From: Octopus sinensis
Taxonomy: Eukaryota
Assembly (NCBI RefSeq): GCF_006345805.1
Contig: NC_042998.1
Span: forward strand, 123,876,001-123,940,000
Reading direction: 5' to 3'
DNA length: 64,000 nt
A program made the position numbers and the translations under genes. Within the stretch, counting starts at the first letter, position 1. Each line of letters starts with the position of its first letter. Of this stretch, positions 25,093 through 36,270 are shown piece after piece. The notes beneath the pieces were generated by a model. That model did not search any database. It had not been told where the DNA came from and saw only the letters and a list, made by a program, of their open reading frames with translations.

Positions 25093-25183
25093 GAGAGTAC
25101 AAAATATACCCCATATATACATATATACAAATGAGTCGACAGACAAAAGAAAAAGGCACTCAACACGTTTATTACGAGTTAAT

Positions 25184-25250
25184 CCTTCAAGTTTCATAGG
25201 CCCGAAACGGAGCCTGTCTCCTCAGGCCGGTAGAATAACCGAATGAAGTA
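25184..25250 (-). ncRNA. Decayed hammerhead-like motif, apparently type III topology
   Basis: Minus strand CUUCA-UUCGGU-UAUUCU-ACCGGC CUGAGGA GACAGGCUC-CGUUUC-GGGCCUAU GAAA CUUGAAG, then AAUAAA. Cleavage site appears deleted. Confidence 0.4.
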
Positions 25251-25610
25251 AGTGCTTCAGGAAGTGTATGATGGCTACCAGATGGTGGGCTGCTGTTGAT
25301 CAAGGATGTGATGTTACGGCGGGTGATATCGCTTGGTAAGCGACGGCATATCCATGTGAATGGAGAGTTACTTCGACCCCGTGGTTGGACGTGAAATTAG
25401 TGGCGTCAGTGTGTCTGGATACGGCATTAGTGTTGCCGGTAGGAGTATAAGTTTTGTGTGCGTGTGTACACGCGCGTATATACGTGTGTAGGTATTTGTG
25501 TGCACCTATATATATGTACAAGTTTATGCACGTGTATGTGCGCGCGAATGTACATGCGCGTATATACGTACATGTATGTGTGCGTGCTTGTGTGCGTATA
25601 TACGTGTATT

Positions 25611-25680
<70 letters not shown>

Positions 25681-25994
25681 GTTATAGTATATTCTGTTAA
25701 GAACGCATTAGAGTACAGTATAAAGTTCATCCAGGTTCAGATTTCACCATTCGCTATCCAGTAGAAGTAGTATATTCCAAATTTGCATTTGGTCTCCTGT
25801 TGTGTATGAATAGATAAATTGGAAACATTTTGGAGTCAACAAGGTGTACTGTTGAACATCTATTTTCACTAAATATCCAACCGGACTCCAAATTTTCCCA
25901 GTTATATATATGTGTGTGTGTGTGTGGTGTGTGTGTGTGTGTATGTGCGTATTGTAGTAACAGAAAAGGAGGAGTTTTGATTATACCCACGTGG

Positions 25995-27534
25995 TGAGTT
26001 GTAATATATATAAGAAATTAAAAAAAGGAAAATACACAAACTTTACATTTTTAATAAATTTTGTAATATATGGACCGGTTTCACTTTCATTATTCATGAT
26101 ATTATGGTTTACTTATTTGAATATGTATTTTCTTAAGAAATTCTTATCCATGTTGTGTGTTTTAACATTTACGAGTGAATGACTTCACAAGTAAAAAAAT
26201 AAGGGTAAGTAGAAAAATAAAGGTAGATAACTGTTCGGTTTCGGTAAGGTGAGGGTATATATGTGTATACACAAAAAAAAAAAAAAGGTTTCGAAAAACG
26301 TGTTTAGTGAGGGGATTTATGTACAGTGATGTAATCGTGAACTGAAATATGTAAAAAGATAAAAGTTGGTTGTACGTGCATATTAAGACGTGTTCTGTAT
26401 TTTTCAACGAAAAAAGTTTCTTTATATAAACGTTCTTGTGGAGAGATAGTGTCTCTGCACTGGTAGAAGGGGAAGACTGTGCAATTAGGTTTGATGCTAT
26501 CTGCACATTTTTCTATATGTTCCCTGAAAGAATTTGATTGTATGCGGGAAACGGATTTGATCTTTATGTAGAGTAGTTCTCTTTCTCAGGTTCATACTCG
26601 TCTCTCCATTATAGTTTTGACCGCAACCCGAGCAGGTTATTTCATAAATTAGGTTCTCAGAGGCATAAGTGAAACTAGTTTTAATTGTGAAATTCTGTCC
26701 TTGTTTGAAAAGGTAAACCGAGCCTTCAAGTAAGTTGAGGCAGGTTCCACAGTTTGGCTGTCCACATTTTTAACCGTTGGTTTCGTGATTGTTTTGTAAA
26801 GCTTCGCATTTGTTAGTAGTCTCTTTAGCGATTTGTGTTGCTTTTTGCATTTGTTGGGCTTGCGCGTTTTCAGGATGTTGTTCATTTTGGGATCTGTAGT
26901 TAGTAAAGGAAGATTATGCACAATACTGTTAAATGCCTCACTGTTTCTGGGGCTGTGTGTTGATATAAATAGTAGTGTTTTGAGATGAGGTGTGGTGTTA
27001 TGTTTTGTTGTTCTTTGTGTTTTTATGTCTAATTTTGGGGCACGTTTAATTCCCTCGTCTATAATTGAGAGTAGATATTGCCTTTCAGTAAGCGTTGTTT
27101 TGAGGTCTTGAAAACGAAGGTCCCGCGTTGTTCTAATAGACACTATTGAGGAAATCCTTTTTCCTAAATTGAAACGGATATTTATTTTGATGTGTTTCGA
27201 GTGGCAAGGGCTAAAGAGATTTTGTTTTGAGTCAGTTGGTTTATAACAGATGTCAGTTATGATTTAATTGTTGACTTTTATCATGATGTCTAAACAACAA
27301 CAACAATAATCATAACGATAACCAATTACCTCCACTTATTTTTCTAAGTGTGAAGTCACTCGTAAGTATCATTACACACAACATGGACAAAAATTTCTTC
27401 ATAAAAATGTACTTATTCAAATTAATAAACCTTAATATCATGAATAGCTAAAGCGAAACAGGTCGATTTATTAAAAATTATATTAAAACTATGTAAAGTG
27501 TGTGTATTTTCCTTTTTTAATTTCTTGTTTATAA

Positions 27535-27535
<1 letters not shown>
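25995..27535 (-). mobile_element. Penelope-like element 3' fragment flanked by inverted terminal repeats
   Basis: ORF 26649-27143 (thumb/linker); NLIYEITCSGCGQNYNGET (GIY-YIG) near 26590-26650; 25995-26235 is a diverged reverse complement of 27320-27535. Confidence 0.8.
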
Positions 27536-27580
<45 letters not shown>

Positions 27581-27650
27581 TGTGTGTGTGTGCTTTCGTT
27601 GCGACATGTATGTATGTATGTATGTATGTATCTATCTATCTATCTATGTA

Positions 27651-27726
<76 letters not shown>

Positions 27727-28114
27727 GCGTGGGTGTATAAGTGCGCGTGTGTGCATGTGTGTGTGTGAGAGAGAGAGAGAGCGTATACGTATACTTGGGT
27801 ACAAATGCATATACGATGAGTGTGGATTTGCGGGTGTACTGTTTATGGCTGGTACAGTGCTTGTGTGTTGGGAGTTTGTGTGTTGGGGGAGGGGCATGCA
27901 CATGAATATTTGTGTGTGCTTATATGTAGTCACTTATGCATGCATGCTCTCCCCGTATATGAGACGGAATTAAGGCCGTGGAAGGTGCACAAATCGATGG
28001 GGGTCGGACTACGCAGACGCTGGTGGCTGTTAGTTGACGACCGTGCTCTCGTAGGTTGGTGATGCTATTCCTGGTGCATCCAGTGCATGGGAGCAGCTGA
28101 TGCTAAGGTGGCTT

Positions 28115-28403
28115 GTCCGTGTTCTCGGCGCCAAGTGATTTGTAGTTTACCACAATTACACCACTCTGATGACAGCAATAAGACAGTTCGCATTTCCTGA
28201 TGTTGGATACCACAGGTTGGTGTGATCCTTCGTGGAGACAGAGCTGGTAATTACGGACGCTGGGTGAACAAGATGGCGCCCTATCAACGACGGTCCTTTT
28301 GATGCTTGGCGTTTCATTTCGGCGGTCACTGTCTCAAGGGGAAGCGAGACAGAGAAGTGGAATTCTCTCTGTAAGGGTAGCAAATGAGGAATAGAAAGGT
28401 ACA
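28115..28403 (-). mobile_element. Possible LTR followed by tRNA-Lys-like primer-binding site
   Basis: Minus strand TGTA (28403) ... TACA (28141) or CA (28136), then TGGCGCCGAGAACACGGAC, resembling the Lys(UUU) PBS TGGCGCCCGAACAGGGAC. No second LTR or pol seen. Confidence 0.4.
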
Positions 28404-29187
28404 CATGTCTTCAATGTCCGATGATATGAGACTCATCGGAACCACAACTACAAGTCATGACCACCAGTCTCACTACAACTAGCTCAAATATTGACATTCA
28501 AAACAACATGGAAAATACCTAAGTGCCGATTATTCAAAAAGCAGAGCAGTAACAAGTCTGCCTAGATGTCTTGTCTCGGGATGTGGTTCTGTAACCTGCG
28601 TATCCAAGCAGTAACATTATTCAAGATCGAAGCTCATACTATGATTATGATAATTATGGATACATTGTAAATGTCTTCATTCTCATCACTTCTCGCTATC
28701 TCCGGCTGCGACGGATAGTTCTCCATAGTTTTACCCAGGGCTGTTGAGAGTGTGTACTGGTTTTGGAGTAATTAATGTGTGACTCCATGCTCACCACAAC
28801 TACAGAAATCCCGACTGGAGCTTGGCAACAGAATGCAGTTTAATGTCATACCCAGGACAATGTAGCTATCGTACGGCTCCAGAAAAATGTATGACCCTAT
28901 TTAACTATCAAATCTGGACTATACTACATATTTTGAAGGGAGGGCATTATCAAATTGTGCAATAACTGCTCCGTACACTTTACTTGAATAACTACAATAT
29001 ATAAGAAAAATTTGACACACATACCAAACACGAAAGCTAAGCATTTGAATCCCTTGTGAGAATTTACAGCTTATATCTATCTATCTATATATTTCAGCAC
29101 ATACATGTGTATATGTGTGTGTGCGTGTATATATATATATATTTATATATGTGCATATATGTACATGTACATATACATACATGGGTG

Positions 29188-29223
<36 letters not shown>

Positions 29224-29350
29224 ATATATATATGTAGGTCCCGGGTTGAGTCGGGGTTAACCACAGTAAATAAGGTACTGAATATGATGATGATGATGAT
29301 TTCTTTTGAATGAAACAGTTCTAGTCCTGTAGAAGCTCCTTCTATAAAAT

Positions 29351-29395
<45 letters not shown>

Positions 29396-29398
<3 letters not shown>

Positions 29399-29652
29399 CT
29401 TGAGCAAGGCACTTTATTTCACGTTGCTCCAGTTCACTCAGCTGTAGAAATGAGTTGCGACGTCACAGGTGCCAAGCTGTATCGGCCCTTGCCTTTCCCT
29501 TGGACAACATCGGTGACGTGGAGAGGGGAGGCCGGTATGCATGGGCGACTGCTGGTCTTCCATAAAACAACCTTGCCCAGACATGTGCCTCAGAGGGTAT
29601 CTCTCTAGGTGCAAACCCATGGTCAGTGCCTGACCGAAGGGTGTCTTTACCC

Positions 29653-29655
<3 letters not shown>
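29396..29655 (+). mobile_element. Headless CORE-like SINE body
   Basis: TTCTTGAGCAAGGCACTTTATTTCACGTTGCTCCAGTTCACTCAGCTGTAGAAATGAG, shared with 2680-2899. Confidence 0.7.
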
Positions 29656-29725
<70 letters not shown>

Positions 29726-29731
<6 letters not shown>

Positions 29732-31239
29732 TGGCAGGGCTTTCTGCTAGGGAGTCGGCCATATGCTACAAATAGACCATCAACGGTCAAACTACAAGGA
29801 AATTATCTAGAGGAAAAATACAGCGAACACCAGAACCAGTTTTGGCGGGCATGACAGATGAAAATTTATATAAAAAACAGAATTAAATGCATGCCTCGGT
29901 TTCAGCCTTAACAAGAGAATTACTTATGCAATCCAAATGTCCGTGCTTCTTCAGTGCATTCGTTCATAGTAATGTAAGTGGAAAAGCTAACCCCAGCTTT
30001 CGTGCCAGTACAGACACGTGTGTAGCTTTACCGATTACACTAGTGATAGAATTTCAAATGTCTTGGCTCTGGCGCGCTAATAAATTTCTGAGGCGAAGGG
30101 CTGCAGTAAATAATTCACTGCGGTTCGGGCTTAGTACTAGAGAACGTATTTATTTCAATATTTAAATAATGAGGGAGATAAATTAATATTAATTTTAATA
30201 TCAATTTAAAACCAGTAGTCCAGCATACAAAAATCTGAGGATTTCTAGCATATGGCCGACTCCCTAGCAGTAAGCCCTGCCAATATACACATATATTAGA
30301 ATTTTCTCTGACTCCTCAGATTTTTGTATGCTGGACTACTGGTTTTAAATTGATATTAAAATTAATATTAATTTATCTCCCTCATTATTTAAATATTGAA
30401 ATAAATACGTTCTCTAGTACTAAGCCCGAACCGCAGTGAATTATTTACTGCAGCCCTTCGCCTCAGAAATTTATTAGCGCGCCAGAGCCAAGACATTTGA
30501 AATTCTATCACTAGTGTAATCGGTAAAGCTACACACGTGTCTGTACTGGCACGAAAGCTGGGGTTAGCTTTTCCGCTTACATTACTATGAACGGATGCAC
30601 TGAAGAAGCACGGACATTTGGATTGCATAAGTAATTCTCTTGTTAAGGCTGAAATCGAGGTATGCATTTAATTCTGTTTTTTATATAAATTTTCATCTGT
30701 CATGCCCGCCAAAACTGGTTCTGGTGTTCGCTGTATTTTTCCTCTAGATAATTTCCTTGTAGTTTGACCGTTGATGGTCTATTTGTAGCATATGGCCGAC
30801 TCCCTAGCAGTAAGCCCTGCCAATATACACATATATTAGAATTTTCTCTGACTCCTCAGACACGTGTGTAGCTTTACCGATTACACTAGTGATAGAATTT
30901 CAAATGTCTTGGCTCTGGCGCGCTAATAAATTTCTGAGGCGAAGGGCTGCAGTAAATAATTCACTGCGGTTCGGGCTTAGTACTAGAGAACGTATTTATT
31001 TCAATATTTAAATAATGAGGGAGATAAATTAATATTAATTTTAATATCAATTAAAACCAGTAGTCCAGCATACAAAAATCTGAGGATTTCTAGCATATGG
31101 CCGACTCCCTAGCAGTAAGCCCTGCCAATATACACATATATTAGAATTTTTTCTGACTCCTCAGATTTTTGTATGCTGGACTACTGGTTTTAAATTGATA
31201 TTAAAATTAATATTAATTTATCTCCCTCATTATTTAAAT
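29726..31239. repeat. Complex tandem and inverted array of a 540-bp unit
   Basis: 75-bp block B at 30246, 30786 and 31091; 29726-30241 is the reverse complement of about 30313-30826; 30857-31239 duplicates about 30011-30394. Only a handful of differences. Confidence 0.95.
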
Positions 31240-31286
31240 TATATATATATAATATATATATATACATGTATATGTATATATATATG

Positions 31287-31346
<60 letters not shown>

Positions 31347-31366
31347 ATATATATGTACATATATGT

Positions 31367-31420
<54 letters not shown>

Positions 31421-31463
31421 TATATGTACATATATGTATACATATATATATATATATCTATAT

Positions 31464-31511
<48 letters not shown>

Positions 31512-31518
31512 TATATGT

Positions 31519-31593
<75 letters not shown>

Positions 31594-31603
31594 TATATAT
31601 ATA

Positions 31604-31650
<47 letters not shown>
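31240..31650. repeat. Long (TA)n microsatellite with higher-order TATGTACATATATGTATACA unit
   Basis: Interruption motif recurs near 31352, 31424 and 31503. Confidence 0.9.
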
Positions 31651-31651
<1 letters not shown>

Positions 31652-31805
31652 CATGTTATGTACTGAAATACGTTTCTCCCCCTTCCACTTTCAGCAGCAA
31701 AAATATTCTCACACTCAAAAATATTTGCACAAACGTGTAAGATAAAATGAATTGCGTTCCGGGTGCACATGTATGTGCAGAATATAAATGTGACTGTGTG
31801 TTTAT

Positions 31806-31886
<81 letters not shown>

Positions 31887-32619
31887 AGGTGAAAAATTAT
31901 ATTAAATATTACGCAGTAAATTTCACATTGTATCTAGAATTGCTTAATTTAATTACTGCCGAACAAATATATTCATAAGAAGCAGTAATTTATGTATTAT
32001 TAAATAAAAGTTTAAGGTAACGCACTATCTTTCATATATAAATACTTTGCAATGAATTTTCATGAAATAATTCATTCAAAGCTTTACTACATTCTTTCTT
32101 TATATGTTGAGGAAAACATTTATTACACGAGTCCCATTGATACATATGTGCAAACTTGGTTCTTATGTGCATACTCTCTCTCTCCCTCTCTCTCACATAC
32201 ACACACACACACACACACACAGACACATTTACATTGCCTGTGTAAGTCAATATATCTGCATGTATTTCTACGTGCCGGTAGTTGTGTGTTTATTGGTATC
32301 TTTATATTTATAAGCAAGTGCTACTCATAATTATTTTTGTTGCTGATGAAATCAATTCAGATTTGCATATACATGACGTAATGTTCGGCGTATGGATTTT
32401 AATATTTCAATATATGTATGTCAGTATATTTTTTTTTTAGTATTTCCACTTTGTTATTTCAGACAGCAATTAAGTTATATATCCTATAGAACAATAATCC
32501 ACATGTAAAGTTCTATCTTACAAAACAAACATAAACAGTCTCTCGATTCTAAGTTACATGTACACACACACAGACACACATACACATACGTATATATATA
32601 CTTCCATATATATGCGCGT

Positions 32620-32702
32620 TTGCTGGTGCATATGCTGGTGCGTATGCTGGTGCGTATGCTGGTGCATATGCTGGTGCGTATGCTAGTTCGTATACTGGTA
32701 TG
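32620..32702. repeat. 12-bp minisatellite (TGCTGGTGCRTA), about 7 copies
   Basis: Seen directly. Confidence 0.9.
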
Positions 32703-33999
32703 TACTTCATTGTGTGCATATACGTATGAAAATTTCATTTTCAATTTTTTTCTCATTTTCAATCAATTTCAATTTTGTTGAATTGCTTAGTAAAGGAAAT
32801 TTACAAATGAAATGCTTTTCTGATAACATTTTAATATCTGAAATTTTTATTTCGCTTATTTATATATTTTTTTTTTGTTGGGAGCAGTTTTTAGTTCTAA
32901 ATTTTATTAATTATTTTGGTATATATTTATTACATTTTCCCTTTTTGTGATTTTTGTTATTATCAAACTAAATCATGTTCTGCATCTATTGCTTTCATTG
33001 ACAACAAATTAGTTTGGATAGCACTGGGAAATAAAAATTGATTAAAAGCCACTTCTATTTTGATGCAATATATACGTGCAGATTACAAACAAGCGAATCA
33101 ACTAGATTATATTGATTTCTTACTCCGACAGAACATGTCAGTTTTCTGCAGAGAACGAAGTATGATGTTGTGTTGTTCATTATTCCCTAAAGAGATTTAT
33201 GTTGTAATCGTATGCAATTGCACTTACTGTTGTAAATGTGAGGAATAAGAATAATGCATTACATTCACAAAACGTTATATTTTTGTATTTTAAAAATCAT
33301 TTTTACACGGACGCAATGGGCAAGTAGCACTCGATTTCATCAAACTTAAGTGCAATGAATACACAATATTTTGAAATCATATTAGCGTGAACCCACGTTA
33401 ATATTCTTGGTATTTAAAGAATAAGCACAGATAGACTACATACCATCAAATGGAGCTATTAAGTTAGACATGGCCACGGCCAATCTTTGGTCGAAACGTA
33501 TCTAAGTTATCTAAGTTACCTCCCATTAACAGTGAGAATCATTATATTGCAGAACCTAAATTTCCCAACTATTTCTTTTGTAAACTACGAAATATTACAT
33601 GTTCCCAAATTAAAAACACAATTGCACTTTCAAATTTATATATTTGAACATCATCTAAGTTCCCCTACTTTATATGTCAGAATTTCGGATAGCTTTCCTC
33701 CCAGTTTCTTTTACTAGAGTTCAATATTTAAATAGTTACTTGTGAATGTGCAACAAATTTATGTGAGGTTAATTCCATAGTGTTGCAAATGTAAGAACTT
33801 CGCTATACTCGAAAATGAAAATAGTATCATCAGCAGAGATAATGTGTCATGTAACTTGATCCACGTTACTAGAAATGATGTCTCAAATATCATAAGAAGA
33901 CTACTTGATTACAGAAACATTTTAATAAACTGAATGTAAAATTAAAACTTAATAGTAGATTCCAAAGTAAATACATTAGTTTTGATCTGATGACTTGAT

Positions 34000-34480
34000 A
34001 CATAAAGCACGACTTGGCACATGAATAGATGCCGTAGGCTCAGCTGCAACATTTACCCCTTATAGCATCGCTATCCTTTGCCTTCTTTCTATAAGCGTCT
34101 CCTTCTAACACGCCACTCAGTAATTTGCAGCACCTACATCTGGACCTCTTAACATATCATGTTTCCTCACCGTTCAGGAAAAAGGATTCTTCGCATAGAA
34201 GTAACCAGTGAACTCAACGTTCATTTCTCCCACTGTGTCATTAAAAATGAAAGGTTTCCAGTTACTTTGGTTCAAAAACTATCTTGAAGAAATTCATACT
34301 TTATACAATAAGAGTACAACTCAGACATTACGTTCAAACACCACAAGCTTTTTCGTCAATATTGCTTCCTACATTAAATATATATTCATGGAATACATGT
34401 ACCATAACTCTCACTTTTCTAAGCCAATAATCCACGAGAATTTGAATTCTAACAGCTCGTTTTAGCTTCACAAATTACCT
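34000..34480 (+). pseudogene. Possible very old LINE AP-endonuclease remnant
   Basis: VTSELNVHFSHC resembles GDFNAHH; TLYNKSTTQT...FVNIAS...NSHFSKPII resembles LN..PT...IDL...SDH.PI. Weak. Confidence 0.3.
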
Positions 34481-35268
34481 TAATTGTCGCCAAGACGAAC
34501 ATTCGATCCACACATCCTCAAATATATATAACATTTGAATTATACCATATATATATATATATCCCCACGTCGCTCAATTGTTTCAAAAACTTCTCTCAAA
34601 TTACAACGTGCCATCTAAAACAAAAGGCACACATTATATAAAGCTATCTTGAATCTAATATTCCAATAAGAAAGTGAATATTAATGAACGATACAAAGGA
34701 CGAGCAACAACTGATATTAAACACTCTATACTGTACTTGTGAAGATTTTCATTATTTAAAATAAATAATTCTGCACATATATGTGTATATGTACAACTGT
34801 GTATATATGTGTGTGTATGCTTGAATAAACAAACGTGCATTTGTAATTATAAGAATGACAAAGAAAATTTGAATCTCACATAAATTATTGTTCCTAATAG
34901 AGAGGACTTTTTTATTTTTAAATGTAGTCATATAGCAGATGATATGATTATGGAGTTCATCCAAAACGTTTATCTATATATAATTAATATTAATATTAGG
35001 GAAGTTATTTCCGAGTTCACAGGGGAGTGAAGCTCAATTTAGTGGTACTAAAATGAATTACTCAGTGTATTATATACAAATATTTGGATAGGTTTAAGAG
35101 ACAGAATCAACCTCAAGCAACTCAATTATTATTGAATGACATTAACCACAGCAGGTACATATAGGACTAAATATTAAAATTATCAAAAATTAATACGAAC
35201 AATTCGTATTCCAAAATATCAAAATTAATACCTTCAATTCTTATTTCAAATCATCTACTTTACATTAT

Positions 35269-35376
35269 ATAGACTACGCGCGTTTCATGACAACATATTC
35301 CTCGATATTGCTGAAATAGAATGTCTCTAAAAAAATACCATATTAAAACGATTATATTGCCAATCTTCAGGTCTAT
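35269..35376 (-). ncRNA. Type I hammerhead ribozyme with intact core and extended stem II
   Basis: AUAGAC CUGAAGA U-UGGCAAUAUA [55 nt] UAUGUUGUCA-U GAAA C-GCGC-G UA^ GUCUAU: 6-bp stem I, 10-bp stem II after a U-U pair, palindromic GCGC loop. Confidence 0.8.
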
Positions 35377-35499
35377 CTTATATGAAATTATTTTGCTATT
35401 TACATCCTATATAAAGACATGGCAAGCTAAAATTACATAACTAGAAGTTGTTGGAATAATTTTACTTTAGTAAATAATGAACGGAAATGTGGAAAAAAA

Positions 35500-35945
35500 G
35501 CAGGTTAAAGAAATGTTTGTAAAAAGAAATGTTAACTTATCTGTATGGTAATTTTCTCTCCATAAATTTAACATGGCTACCAGCAATCGTATAATCCAAA
35601 ATTGAGAGCAACTTTGTAAGGGAGATAATTCTTATTAAGATTTAAAAGTTCTTAAAAGGTATTTTCAACTATTTATAATAATAAATCAGGGGAAGCCAGA
35701 AGTGAGTGTATGATGGGAATAGTCTTTTTTCTTTATTTTATTTATGTTAACTTCGATAAGTAATAAATTTCTAGGTCGGTAAATAGGTAAACTAAATTGC
35801 TCAACATAATTTTAAAACATTTAAAAATATTTTGAAATAAGTAAAAGTCGGTTTATATGATTGCTTGTAGCCATGTTTAATTCATGGAGAGAAAATTACC
35901 ATGCAGATAAGTTAACATTTCTTTTTACTAATATTTCTTATTCCT
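35500..35945. mobile_element. MITE-like element with about 90-bp imperfect terminal inverted repeats
   Basis: GTAAAAAGAAATGTTAACTTATCTGTATGGTAATTTTCTCTCCAT...GGCTAC (about 35519-35595) inverted at about 35853-35928; non-coding spacer. Confidence 0.7.
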
Positions 35946-36208
35946 AATTTTAAAGTACCAATATATATATCTTACGTACTACCTCGTACCTTGTACAATC
36001 ACTTATTTGTAATTCACTAACATTCATTTGATGTACAAAGCTTAGAGACAGTTTCGTAGCCCGATATTTTTCTTCTTGAAGAAACTATAAAACTTGTACT
36101 TTAATTAAGCCATAAAGTTTTGGGTAGAAATTTAATATTATGTAGGAGTTCAGAAAGTCAAACACAATTACATGACGTCATAACTGTGCGAAAATTTTGA
36201 TTAGATTT

Positions 36209-36270
36209 TAGTGATGATGTATATAGTGATGATGTATATAATGATGAAGTATATAATGCTGAGTGTATAA
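36209..36270. repeat. 15-bp tandem repeat (TAGTGATGATGTATA), 4 decaying copies
   Basis: Seen directly. Confidence 0.85.

Noticed and set aside
29887-30667. Duplicated 92-aa ORF (MHASVSALTRELL...) as a conserved protein
   Set aside because: Both copies are just the near-identical inverted repeat, so they give no independent evidence of coding; no recognisable domain.
30395-30670. Plus-strand frame interrupted only by TGA codons (possible recoding)
   Set aside because: Two TGAs in about 90 codons is expected in a decayed or non-coding frame; no SECIS or mitochondrial similarity recognised.
33462-33506. Hammerhead-like GGCCAATCTTTGGTCGAAACGTATC
   Set aside because: No CUGANGA core and incomplete stem III; too decayed to support.
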